Below are positions 1 to 12,690 of a stretch of DNA of 64,000 bases, one piece after another. Under the pieces are notes generated by a model, which saw nothing but the letters and a program-made list of their open reading frames with translations, was not told the DNA's origin and did no database searches. This stretch comes from Schmidtea polychroa (taxonomy: Eukaryota), in the NCBI GenBank assembly GCA_044892525.1, contig CM097885.1, positions 47,121,727 through 47,185,726 of the forward strand, written 5' to 3'. How positions within the stretch are numbered: the first letter of the stretch is position 1; every line of letters begins with the position of its first letter. Position numbers and translations under genes: made by a program.

Positions 1-65
1 TAAAATAATCAATTTGATTGAAATAAAAATTACATGAAATTAGTTTATATTCTGAAAAATAAGAT

Positions 66-371
66 GGTTCCACGACAACTCGTCTACAGGCTTTTGGTCT
101 ACGACATATCGTCTACTGACACTTGGTCTACTGATACTTGGTCTACCACGACAATTCGTCTACAGACTTTTTGTAAACGATACTTCGTCTACCGACATGT
201 TGTCTAAAGACTTTTCGTCTGCTTAATATAAAATACGAAACAAAGTAGACGAAGTATCGTTTACCAAAATTGTGTAGACGAATTGTCGTGGTAGACCAAG
301 TGTCGGTAGACAAAGTGTCAGTATACGATATGTCGTAGACCAAAAGTCTGTAGACGAATTGTCGTGATGCC
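66..371. mobile_element. Mutator-like (MULE) MITE built of ~15-bp GTCTAC repeats
   Basis: Inverted ends GGTTCCACGACAA..TTGTCGTGATGCC; perfect 9-bp TSD AAATAAGAT (57-65, 372-380); internal arrays are mirror images. Confidence 0.85.
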
Positions 372-479
372 AAATAAGATTATCATATACTTGCTTTCGT
401 TTAACATGACAGTTTAAAATTACATTAATTTCCAACAAAGTTTATTTTTGACTCGCGTAATTGTCTCTTAAAAAGGCTT

Positions 480-1265
480 GGATTTCTTCATTTCTGTGGA
501 TTTACTAGTTTCTCAACTCTTCTAGAATAAAATCAGAAGATGAAAATGCCTTCTGATCAGAAGCATTTGAACCTGGAATGCATATGCATTTCAGCACTAT
601 CTTATTTTAAATTCGGAAATTTACATAATTATTTTTCCAAAGAATTAATGGATTTTGGCTATAGTAAACTTCTCGGGGTACATAAATAATTTTTTATTAT
701 TTATACAAACTTTTGTAAATGATATTTTTTTTTGTAAAGAAAAAAAAATTTTTTATTAATATATAGTTTTGATCGGTGTATTATTGAATTATTATTGTAT
801 TATTATTTAATTATTAATTAATGAATTTATTTATTTATATACCCCGAGAAGTTTACTATAGCCGTTTTCTTCAAAATTTTCCAAATTTTCTTACAATTTT
901 AAATTAAATACAGTTTTTTGCAATATATTTTCTTACCCGATGTTAGTTGTTTCAAATTCATTTTATCGAACTTCTCCTCTTTCTTTTTCCTAAGTATTGC
1001 AGAATTTTAAAAAACCAATGTAACAACATATGCCTAATATTTCATATGAGATTCTAAATTTATTCTTTATTTCCCAAACTTTATTATATGAATTCAATGC
1101 CGAATTTTTCTGCAATTAGGTTATAAATATAATTCTTTCTTTGTGATATTACAAAGTTGATGAGTAATAAAGAGTATAGAAAAAGACAGTTTTGTAGTCT
1201 TTGCCTGAAATTGTCGTAGTTGCTTTTTCAAAATGCTTAAGAACCCTTAAAAGTCTTTCTATTAC
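480..1265 (-). pseudogene. Decayed hAT transposase fragment
   Basis: Minus-strand peptides ERLLRVLKHFEKATTTISGKDY (~1190-1262) and KFPNL/IVLKCICIPGSNASDQKAFS (~530-625, hAT dimerisation-like); stops and frameshifts. Confidence 0.6.
657..863. mobile_element. MITE with ~24-bp TIRs
   Basis: GGCTATAGTAAACTTCTCGGGGTA ... TACCCCGAGAAGTTTACTATAGCC around an AT-rich core; no clear TSD. Confidence 0.7.
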
Positions 1266-2312
1266 ACAAAAAAATTAACTTATTTTGCATACCCAACTTT
1301 AAAAACATCTGTATTTCCGTTTTTATATTTAAAATTAGGCACTTATCTATTATCCAACTGTGTATATTTTTATTATCAAAATTTTATACATTGTACTTGT
1401 GTGTATGTATTTAATATTTTCTCGCATTAAATATTTTTAATTTACTTATTGTCAAAAGAACTTATTTGTTGTTATTTTTGTTAATGACACACACATTTAA
1501 TATTGGTTAATTTTTTATATTATTATGGCTCTTATTTTTGGTCATTAAGACCCTTATTTACTGAGCTTCAGTTTATAAAATTTATGAATCTGTGTATTAA
1601 AACGAAGGAAAATTAAAAATGAATATCAAAGTTATTCATACTAATGAAAAAAAATATATTAATTAGGAAATATATTGGAATTTCTTGATAACGAATTGAT
1701 TCAGATTTATTTTGTGTTCAAAAATTGAATTATTCAAAAAGTGAAAACTGAATTTATAAAATGAGCAATTGTCAAAAAACTTTCATTCCAAATAAAAGAT
1801 TTCACTTTTATTGATAATGGCTTGGAGTTATTATTTGTTAATTATTCCTTCTGTAACACTCATAAAATAAATCTGCTTTCCTTTAATAACATAAATAAAT
1901 GAGGAAACTGCGTTTTATTCTTTTCAACTTTTGTTAGAAAGAAATTTTATTAAATTTTGCTGTTATAAAAAAGATAATTTGGTTATAATATTGCATTAAA
2001 AATTTGGTATCAATGAAATCCTTTATATTTTCATTTTCAAATTTTTGTCAACTTCATTTCTTTATTAAACCAGTGAATAATGTTTTATATTTAACACTTT
2101 TTCAACTGTTCGAAATATTATAGTTTGCTCTTGAGATTCGCATTAATTAGATGACAAAATATTAGTTCTTTTATAATTTATTTATTACCATTGTGATTTC
2201 AAAAATTTATAGATTTCATGCTAAAGTCAATTTTTTCAGTGTAATGATTGTGAAAAAATTATAAAATAAAATAATAATATTATTAATCATTATTAGTAAT
2301 CATTATTATTAA

Positions 2313-2395
<83 letters not shown>
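2313..2395. repeat. (ATT)n microsatellite
   Basis: Direct reading. Confidence 0.95.
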
Positions 2396-2646
2396 GTATA
2401 CTTATGAAAATATAGTTCTTTAGATATTTCCCTTGCTACAGTTCATTGACATTAATTACTATTTTATATAGAAACAATTGTTAATTAATCCTGTAAATTT
2501 ACTTTTATGGTCAATTTGTGACTTCCTGTAATTATATCATATATAAAAAAGCAATATAACTAGAAATCTAATGAAGTTTAAATAAAAATAAAAATTTAAA
2601 ATTTCACTACTGATTTCTTGTCAATTGACATTGTATTTATTAAAAT

Positions 2647-2710
2647 GCTTGACTATGAATCAGTAAATATATCAAAAAACATCAATATATTTACTGATTC
2701 ATAGTCAAGC
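2647..2710. repeat. Perfect 26-bp inverted repeat with 12-nt loop
   Basis: GCTTGACTATGAATCAGTAAATATAT (2647-2672) / ATATATTTACTGATTCATAGTCAAGC (2685-2710). Confidence 0.9.
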
Positions 2711-3609
2711 TACTCAGAGTCCAGTATTTTGTGTGAGCAACGTGCAATTACGTGTATAATACACTCCCGGAATTGAAATTCTCATATTGAAATTGAAATC
2801 CTCATTGAAATTCTCAATTATTTATTTTTGTTTTTATTAATTTTAATTATTAATTTTTAATTATTTTTTATTTCATTTTTAATACAAAAAATAAACACTA
2901 CAATTTTTGGAAATGAAGAAATGTTTTATAATTTTTACAATAGTAACTATATTCAATTTCATCTTCTATGTCAACTTATACGTTTGTATTAGTGGCAATA
3001 AAATAATGCAGGACTAAATATTTATTTTTTTCACCTTGTGACGTCATCCATGCTTGAAAAACAAAGCTTATTAAGGTCATTCAGTCTGATGTTGTGAATG
3101 TTACATGATAATGAATTCCTTCTATTTTGAGATATTTCTTTCTTTTTTGGCTATATATTTATCTTTTGGTTTAAATTTAACACTAAAAACTTCACAGTAA
3201 TTTTAATGTGAAATATTTGAAAATAAGAATAATAACAATGTCATTATGGCTAAAGACCAAAATTTAATTTTTCTATGTAACCCAAATTTTTCGCACTGCC
3301 TTAATCAAGTTATTATTTATGGTCATAATAAAAATAAATGATATTTCTAAACCAAATAGATTGAAGATAAACAGAAAAAATAAAGGATTTTACTGATAAC
3401 AATGTTAAAGTGGTTATTTCATAATATTTTGACCCTTTGTCTATATTGTTAAATGTTATTTCAAAAAATAAGTAAAATTATAACGAGTTAGTTTCTGATT
3501 ACTTAAGATTTCATTATTTTGTTCTCTATTTTCAAAAAGGATATATATCAGGAAAATATAATTTTCAAATTATATTTTTACAATAAAATATCATAATAAT
3601 AGAAAATAC

Positions 3610-3717
3610 CCTTTGAATCATTTTTTCAATTTTCGTTTGCAGTCCCCACCATTTGAATTCACAAATTACTAATTTATAAGCACACATAACGGGGCAGTTC
3701 AAGTTCTAAAACGATTA

Positions 3718-3788
<71 letters not shown>

Positions 3789-6700
3789 TGGTATAAGGAC
3801 ATCGCTGGTGCACTTTTTGATACTCCTTATTACTTATTATATAATAATCTATAGAATAAACAGAAAGTTCATATGTCTATCCGTCTATTTGTCACAAGGT
3901 AGCGCAGACAGTGAGAAGTAATGACGTTCTGGCTGTCATTTCTAGTTCGACTGTACTATTTTCAACTTTCATCAAACTTAACAAAGCCTTTCTCTCTCTC
4001 AAAATCACAGGCTTGGATTTAACAGATGATAGATTTTCGTATGGGTAGCTGCATTTTTGAATATCAATTACGAAGGATTTCTCGACATTATTCCTCATCA
4101 CCAATGATCAGCAAGAGACTAAAAATATCAAATATAGCCCCAAGTATCGAAATAAATTTACATTAACCTTTTGACTACTGAAGGGACATATTGTCCCAGA
4201 GAATTTTATAATCTTTTTTAGTACTGTACGGTCATAGGCTCGTAAACAAGTCCAAACCTGTCTGCTTTGTTGCTGTTTGCTGTCTGCTTTTTTTCTTTTC
4301 TATAAAATTTTGTCAGTCTAGATGTTGCTAACAGCAGACACATGTGCTATAAATATTACATGAATTATTAAAATAAAAAAAAATCGTATTAAAAGGGTTA
4401 ATAGGATGAATAAAATTAATTATAATGAATAAAAATGATTTTGAAGCCAATAATAAATTATGTAACTAATAAATATTTAACTTTTCATGGGAATAAATTT
4501 AATAATCTTCATAGGTTTTTGAATTATGTGTAATTATTAATTTTTAATTATTTTTAAATTTAAATTTAGATAATTATTTATTCTTTTAATCAGAAATATG
4601 TTCGGCTATATCATTTAATTTTTGTTATTTTCTGAATATTAAAGAATTGGACCGAAGCACCTTAACTGCAAATTCTGGTATTTGGAAGAACTCTTTGGAA
4701 GTATTTGAAAGAGCTCCCGATTCTAGAATCAAGATTATTTAAGTAAAATTTGATAGAATTTTCTTTTTGACGCTTAGGAGAAAAAATGACCTATAGAGTA
4801 AATTATTTTTATTAAATATTCATTTCATTTATTTTATAATTTTCCATTTGATTTAAAATAGTGTAAAATTATCCCAACTCAATCGTATCAGGAATGTAAC
4901 TCAAAATATAGTTGTTAATTATTCATACAATTTAACTAAAATTCCTTCAAAATTCTCACTGAAGTAAATATTTACGCGATTGTTGTTGTGAACCGAAATG
5001 ATTTTTGCTTTCTCAATATTATCACGTTATTTATCCTTATATCTCCCTTCTCTCTATATATATGTTACAGTGAATTTGTATTACCAGTGAGAATATATTT
5101 TCACTGGTGAAAATATATTTTCGCTAAGCCGGTCAGTGAAAGTATATTTAACAATGAAGATACAAATTTAGTGAGTTTGTATTCATTGACAAGCGAGAAT
5201 TCGCCGCGTGGAAATATTTGGCCCTAAGTGTCGATGTGTCGCGCTACCAACTGTCAATTTTATTCGCTTCGTCGCGTCCCTCGCGCGGCCAGACTTGAAT
5301 TCGCTTCTCATCCCGACTAAACTTCTCCAACCTCTCTATTTTGAATAACAACGAATTTTTATACTCTCAAGATATTTATACAGATTATTTGTATTTACAT
5401 TCACTAAACTTTGCTAGTGAAGTTATATTTTCACCAGTAGAAATATATTTCCACTAGTGAAAACGTATTCGGATATGAATTCACTGAAATGTTAGTGAAA
5501 ATATATTCTCACTTGTAATACAAATTCATTGTAACAATGTATATATATTTTTGATTCCTATGTTCAGGCCATGTGAGCCTTCTAGCCTTTATATCTTGGT
5601 ATGTCAATGATTATATATATAAATTGATTGAATAAAATGATATTTATTTACTTTCCACCATTGTGCAGTTTTTAAAGGTCCTCTTCCAGTTTTGATTGAA
5701 TGAAATTTCTTTGGATCGTGTTCCTCTTTGTAGTCGGATGTTGGCTCAAGTGGGTCATTGGCTATATCAATGAAGACAATTTCTCTCTGCTGAAGAAGAT
5801 CCGAGGGAAGACAATGAACCTAGAAAATGTTCTTTCATGTATTAATTATAAAAATATAACTGACACATTGTTATTGATTTCATGTTATATTTTATCTGTT
5901 TTCACTGCTTCATTTTTTAATACAAGGTTTACAGAGTTCCTTTAACCTCTTATGGTGTTTTTTACTAATTGCAATAACTGACTTTAATTTCCTTATGTAA
6001 TAATATGAAATCATTGACATCTTACATGAAAAATGCATTGACCTCCAACTTATGCCAACATCTGTAACCGAAATCAAAACTTAAACCACATTATATTCAA
6101 ATTCAAACTACTACTAATACTACATTAGTTGCTACATCTTATAAATGAGGATTAGGACCCCAGATTTCAAAAATTTATTACTTGCAAACTTTTCATGAAA
6201 AATTATAAAATATTATAAAGAAAGTATCACATGAAATTTCTAAAGCTAATATAACATAGCATAAAAAAACTTCCAAGTTGCCTAAATAGTAATGTTATTC
6301 TATTTAATCTACCTATTAGTCTATTTTTCGAACTTTTATTAATTTATAGAATCTCTCTATTTATAAAAAAGCTAAGGGTCCCCTCCATCCGAATTTTACT
6401 TTATTTTTTATTTTTTTTTTGTCAAATAAATAAAATAATTTTTTATTACTTTGGCTATTTTGGCAAAAGTCGTGTTAAATATTTAACGGCTTTTCGTCTA
6501 ATCCATACCTGAACATCATTAACCCCACGTTCTAACGGGGTTGGTGAAGCGAACAGGGGCAGAGCCCCTAGTTTTTAAAAAAAAACAAACTTCTAATCTT
6601 TAGTTATTTAATTCTAACCAAATTCTTTTTCAGAGAGACTAATTCGCCACTAAGATATTATTTAATATACATTTTAAAATAAAAAATAAAATTAAACAAA

Positions 6701-8083
6701 AATATTTTACCCATTACAAGTAAAAAAATGCTAAAGGTTTACGGATGCACTTGTAAACAGTTTCTGTGTATAGACGGTGTCTCCAGAAGCGAATATGATT
6801 TTTCATACGCCATGTTTACAAGTTTGTAGATATTTTTTCTGTGATTTAGCTAATTTGCAAGTGATGTGATTTCCAGTGTAGCAGGTAAAGTATGCAATAG
6901 AGTTGAATCAGCAATATTGTATACTTACCTGGCGCGAAGAGAAATCTTTGCGTCTCCTGCATATTACTGATGAGAGCCAAAAGCTCGAAACTAGTCTACT
7001 ATTGGGATTTGCACTGGGTATCACAAAGCTTGTAATGTTTATAATATATAAATCCATACATTAATTAATAAATCATGTGCGGATTTATATAATTTATATT
7101 TGCTTTTATTTTATTTATTATTTTAAAATGTATATTAAATATTGTTTTAGGGGGGAATAAGAATTTGGTTAGACTTAATAATTTATATATCAATTATCTT
7201 TAAATAAATCCAACCAAATTAAAAACGAAAATAGTCAAGTTTTTCTATTTCTACGTCCTTCATTTGTTTAATTTTTAACTATTAGTATTTTATTCTTTGA
7301 ATAAATTCTTATTATCACCTAATGAATTTTATTGAATTCGCTTAAGAATAATTTTATTCGTTAAACTCACCCCCTTCCACTCCGACATAAATATTTTAAT
7401 TATTTATAATTATTTATAATTATTTTTAATTATTTTAATAATTATTTTGCTATTTTCAGCTACACTGAAATAAATTTTATTATTAAAATAGTAAAAATAT
7501 TTCGATAATATAAATATAATTGTCATTTAAAACATTATTTTTACAGAAGTAAATGCTTAATATGCTTACATTTTCTTCAGTTCCCATTCCACTGACATGC
7601 ATACTTTCAATTTTAATGAAAAATTTATCTTTCATAAAACTTGGATTCTTCAATAAAAAATATTTAAACTATTCAAATTGAGATTAAATAACAAACCTGA
7701 AGAATAGTTCTGCAGTATGGATAAGAATTCCAAGCTTTTTCTTCTAACTGAAGAGCGCCTTTTGGAGCAAATACCCGAATTAGGCTTGGAACTTTCCGAT
7801 CAAGGTGATAGATTTTAAAAGTATACTGTCCTGATTTAAAACGGGCATCGCCATTTAAAAGTTGAGGTACAGGTGGGAAAAGTTTTTGGTCGAAGGGTTC
7901 ATTGGTTCTTACCTCAATTCCTTCGCCACCTCCAGTCTCGTTTTTTGATGCTTCAGCCGTTGACCACAGTTGCGCAATTTGATACTCATCTACAGACATT
8001 GGTAATATAATTCGACTACACACATAATAGATGTTTACAATTAATAATAGAGTAAAGATTACTAACAATTCCTTGACAATCAT
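3610..8083 (-). CDS. PITP: Phosphatidylinositol transfer protein (class I PITP alpha/beta-like), spliced, 3' end not found in window
   Basis: Exons 8083-8067, 8015-7697, 7647-7570, 5819-5652 and 3705-3610, all GT-AG and frame-consistent: [92 protein letters not shown]. The final FHRQLFC-type exon was not seen. Confidence 0.93.
3725..3788. repeat. (AAT)n microsatellite
   Basis: Direct reading. Confidence 0.95.
4167..4397. mobile_element. piggyBac-like MITE
   Basis: TTAA-CCTTTTGACTAC ... GTATTAAAAGGG-TTAA; TTAA TSD. Confidence 0.6.
5063..5536. mobile_element. MITE with ~40-bp TIRs and internal AATATATTTTCAC repeats
   Basis: TGTTACAGTGAATTTGTATTACCAGTGAGAATATATTTTCACT vs AGTGAAAATATATTCTCACTTGTAATACAAATTCATTGTAACA. 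Confidence 0.75.
6352..6571 (+). mobile_element. Non-autonomous Helitron-like element
   Basis: 5' TC..TCTATTTATAAAA; 3' GC-rich hairpin AGGGGCAGAGCCCCT ending in CTAG followed by T. Confidence 0.55.
6958..7013 (+). ncRNA. Minimal type I hammerhead ribozyme
   Basis: Core CTGATGA (6967-6973), stem II GAGC-caaaa-GCTC, GAAA, palindromic short stem III ACTAGT, cleavage triplet GTC (6994-6996), imperfect stem I. Confidence 0.8.
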
Positions 8084-8397
8084 TCTAGTCTTTATCAACG
8101 ATTAAAAAACATGAAATTTCGTAATTTCATTTTATTTTTCATCATTAATTTATAATTCTCAATCCGTAATTTAAAGATATTAATTAATGAAAATTATCAA
8201 TAATAAAAAAATTATTAATTATATATGATTATTTTTAATTTCTAGGTTCTGCAATATCAAGCTTGTCAGACTTCCTGTTATGGAGGACAGTTCTACTTTA
8301 TCATTTTGTTTCCTTTCCAAAGACCATGTCCATCTTTTGAAAAATTTAGCACCCATCGTATTTTCTGTTAAGTTTAAAATCAGAATTATCATATGAT

Positions 8398-8623
8398 TAA
8401 GGTGGCCAGACAGTCCCGATTTTTCACGATTTTTCCCGCGTCAAAATGAATAAAAAATATGTCAAGGAATAAAATATTATACAAATTTTTATTTATAAAT
8501 TGTACTTATGTTAAAAATCAAAAAATATTACCATATTATTTTTATTCTATATGAAAACTTTTGTTGATATCCCTCTCCTTCAAAGTTGTCCCGCTTTGTC
8601 CTTCTAAAAATCTCGTCACCTTA
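8398..8623. mobile_element. hAT-type MITE
   Basis: TIRs TAAGGTGGCCAGA / TCTCGTCACCTTA; near-TSD CATATGAT / CGTATGAT. Confidence 0.7.
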
Positions 8624-9554
8624 CGTATGATAATAATACATCTGCTTACTACAGCAAATGAAAATATCAACTAAAACTACTGAAATTATTACGTTTCGTT
8701 GAGTAAAATTATAGTGCGGTAGGATAGAACTGCCAGTCTGACTTCATGTGATATTAATTTTAAAACTCTTTCGAAAATAATACCCAACGCTGATATTTCA
8801 AAAAAAAATATTTATATGACATTTTAATATTTTCGAGGAAACACGGTTGTTATTACCACGCCGTTCTACGGTAATCTCCTTGTGATCTGTGTGGACAATG
8901 GCTAGAGTGATAGGCGGCAACACATTTAACGCCCAGGTGTCTACATTCAGTACTCATCTAGTAGGTAGTTAGTAGCCCCTGCAACTATTACCCCCCTTGG
9001 GTAAAAAATTGTTGCAACTCGTTTTTTTTGCTTTTTTGACTACGCAATTGTTGCAGTGGGTTACTCATATTCTTTTCAAATCAAATAAAGCGGGCCTATA
9101 GAAAAAGGCTTATTATGTAATAAAATAGTCATTTGTAAATGTCTATAAATAAAGCGTTATTAAAATATTTTTATTCGTTAGAAATAATTTAAATTATATA
9201 TCCTCCTCACTCATATTCCCCCTATTCTCGATATTCCATTAATTAATCACTTATATTCCCCCCGATTTCCCACTATTTAATAACTTATATTACCCCGATA
9301 TTCCACTAATTTTTATCACTTATAACCTCCCCACAAATATTTCTTTTAAAAATATTTTTATTAAAGTAATAATTTTTATGAAATAATGTTAAATAAATTC
9401 AATTAATATATCTCCATCTTATCTATGCCAGTTCTAAGTATTTACCTCCCATAATCCATTAATGAATAATTCTACCGCTTATTTTCACCCATTTGAATTT
9501 CATTATTAATTTATCATAAGTAGGGTATTGTGTGGACCCGGGAACAAAGAACTA

Positions 9555-10355
9555 TTATGTAATTGATGACGTCACAAAGGAGATTACGTCCCCGGATTTT
9601 AAGAGAATTGATATATTAAAGGGCTGATATATTAAAGTTTGTTTGTAAAGTAATGGTTTCATAATATAATCTCCTGGAGCATTGCTACAGAAAAGAATTG
9701 ATATGCGATCTTTTGCTGCTTTATGACCACTAGCCGATTTATAAAATTTTGAGACATAAGTCCTTTCAGGCATTTTTTTCCAGAATAACCCTGACTCATC
9801 AGCATTGAAAACCTGATCAGGGGTGTATGAATTGTCGTTAATAATTTCTCCAAAATTTGCTGGATATTCTTGGGCTGCATCTACGTCGCCAGAAGCCAGT
9901 TCACCTTTTAATTTTAAGCTCTGTAAAGAATGTCTTATTTTAAATCTTTCAAACCAGCCATGACTTGCCAAAAAATTTGGCTTCTTTTCAGTTGAAGAAG
10001 AAGATGGTAATTGCTCTACAATTTTTTCGTAAATTCGTACTGCTTTATTTGTTATAGCGGCCGTATCAATGGTTACTCTTTTTTGTGTTTGATCTTCTAT
10101 CCAAAGCATTAACGCTTTCTCCATTTTTTCCATTGCGATATTTCTGGTGTATGATGTTGTGCCCATACTCGTTGTATTGCCAGCTGCAACACTCTTTCTA
10201 ATTGTGTTTACATTTGTTCTAATAGTTCTTATTGTAGGTTCGTTCATGCTATATGATTTTGCAACATCTACTACTCTATCTCCCTTTCGTAAGCGATCCA
10301 AAATTTCGATTTTAGTTTCTAAAGAAATAACTTTTCTTTTAACTTCTTTCGACAT
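9555..10355 (-). pseudogene. Tigger/pogo transposase, 3'-truncated
   Basis: CENP-B-type HTH (KRKVISLETKIEIL), FLASHGWFERFK, VFNADESGLFWK, KDRISILFCSNA; homology ends at ~KPLL before the rest of the catalytic domain. CAGTACACC 5' end at 10651. Confidence 0.88.
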
Positions 10356-10829
10356 TATAAACCTATAATTTTTTTTAATTTATGTTAATTTATAATATGT
10401 AATCTAAATTATGCACTCACTTTAAACTTTAAAACTTTAATTTTATGCGAAGAAATACAGACACAGTGTGCATGTGCAGCAAGTCACCACATAAGCTCGG
10501 GATTCCCTGTGAGATGTGTACACAGCGCACGTATTCAAACACAGTAGCATTTAGTAGAGAGCGATCAAAACAAAAAAATATTATTTGGAAAACCGTGAAA
10601 AACGAAAACGTGTAAAACAAGTACCGTGTACATCGGGGTATAGGTGTACTGTCATTTAAATGAATTTACTGGTTTATTAGATTTTATCATTAGTGGGCTA
10701 ATATCAGTCTCTTTTGGAATTTAATGATAATTATTTTTAGTGTAGCTTGCCGACTTTGATAATTGTAATGAATTTATACTGAATTTCTTCACTATATTGA
10801 GCAATCAGTTAATCAATTTGAGTATAAAT

Positions 10830-12690
10830 TATAGTTCCTCAATTACCGTATGTTTTATTTTACCGGTAAACGGTAAATTAACAATCGTATTACCGGTAAA
10901 ACCGGTAAATTTCGGTAATAAACATTTTACCAGAAATTAAAACAAAGTCACGGTTTAATCGAAAAAAAAACATTACAATATGTTTATTTCATACATATTA
11001 TATAAAAGAAATCATTCAAGAAAAGAACTAAATACAAAAATTTAAATTATTCATTATTTTTGTTAACATTTTGTTTCAAAAAGAAATATTTAAGGAAAAC
11101 GATAATGTGCAAATTTTCATCCGATAACCTAGTTCTTATTTTAGTGCAAACTCGGCTCGCTATGGAGAATGTTCTTTCATTGTCTGTAGATGTTGGTTTT
11201 GCGGTTTGCAGAGCTTCGAACAAAAGTGTGAGATTATGACTTTTTTCCCCGGATACTTCAAAAAATAAAAACTCTTTCTGGACTGATGATAATAATCCTA
11301 CTGGTTTACTGGAAATGGAAACCATAGCTGTAGAAATAGCTTTTTGAAATTGAGATTTCAAGTCAGTATTTAAAATGTCGGTCTCGACATTATCTTCTGA
11401 ATCTGATTCTGCTGACTCATCTGATTTGAATAATCTTTCAATTATTTTTTTCCCAAATGCCACTGTCGATAACTTTGAACAGTAATCAAAGTGAACATTT
11501 CGTTTCATTAAATTTTTTGGATGAAGCATGTACTGTACAAGAGACAATAATTTAATATTACGTCTTTTATCAATTTCTCTTTTCAAACAAACTAAGAAGT
11601 TAGAAGTTATTGGTGAATCGGTATTTTTTTCCAATGTTGAACATAACAATTCAATTACACTTTCCGCGGTAAATAGTGTAGCATCATTTCTTGCTAAGGC
11701 TTCTGCGGCAATCCGAACTGGCTCTAAAATTTTTTGAATGTTTATCAAATATTTTTCGTCTATTCTGGCTAACAAATGAAGAGAATTAAAATATTCTAAG
11801 GCTTCTTTTACTTCTTCTTCTACTTGTAAATATCGTTCTATCATGGGATCGATGGAATTTCAACGTGTCTTTATATCTATTTTTAATTCCAGTTCTTTGC
11901 CAAGTCGAGTTTTTATCTTCTCTTGCAAAAAATCATTTTTCAATGACGATAATCGAAAATATTTAATGACGCTGCGTAAAGCTTGCAATTGAATGAAAAA
12001 AATTGAATGACTGTATTCATCATTTTCAATTGCCTCGTTTATCTTTTCAATTATCATATCAATTTTCAATTATCATCATCAATGTCAGCGTCACTGTCAT
12101 ATTCCTCTTACAAAATAATGTCTTTCTCATTTGCAATTGAACTCTGGTCAGTTTCATCAACATATTTTTGGTAGAAAAACTTGGTTACTGATAAATGTAG
12201 TGCATGGTTTAAGCATAATACCGGTTCAACTGGACTTTCTCTATTATATTTTTGCATTACTGCTGCACCATCGTTGATTGAACATAAAATATGATGATCA
12301 AAATCTACGTTGAACTCATTTAATCGGTTTCTTATTATTGCCTGAATATTTTTTGCATCACATTTTCAAGTTATTCTTGCTAAACCAAGATTGTAATTTT
12401 CTTTGTCATCATACAAAATAATATTGCAATATCTTCTATTTTTGATGCTCGTCCATTCGTCTACAGACAGCGAAAATCGTTTCCCAATAGAAATTTTGGA
12501 CTTTAATTGTTCTACAAGTTGTATTTTTATTTTTTCGTAATAAACTTTTACCAATTCCATCGTGCCCGTTGAATTTTTTGTATTACCGTATTACCGGTAA
12601 TTTAGTAAATATTTTTACCGGTAAACGGTAATGTAAAAATGCGCAATTTACCGGTAAACGGTAAAGGTTTTTACCGGTAAAGGAACTATA
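10830..12690 (-). mobile_element. Non-autonomous hAT element, copy 1 (1861 bp)
   Basis: TATAGTTCCT termini, TTACCGGTAA subterminal palindromes; reverse complement of 18968-20828 with few substitutions. Confidence 0.92.
11047..12560 (-). pseudogene. hAT transposase pseudogene
   Basis: SLSVDEWTS, TR(W>stop)NS and PTSTDNERTFS motifs; several stops; no BED-finger N-terminus. Confidence 0.9.

Noticed and set aside
3035..4790. Extra PITP exons at ~3035-3150, 3892-4120 and 4660-4790
   Set aside because: Some have plausible splice signals but no PITP similarity; unsupported without RNA data.
6921..7085. U1 snRNA gene
   Set aside because: Only the first 12-13 nt match; no recognisable U1-70K loop, U1A loop or Sm-site layout follows, and a hammerhead core does.
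7673..8098. 141-aa single-exon signal-peptide protein
   Set aside because: It reads through PITP intron 1 and into intron 2; the spliced model restores the conserved PITP sequence.
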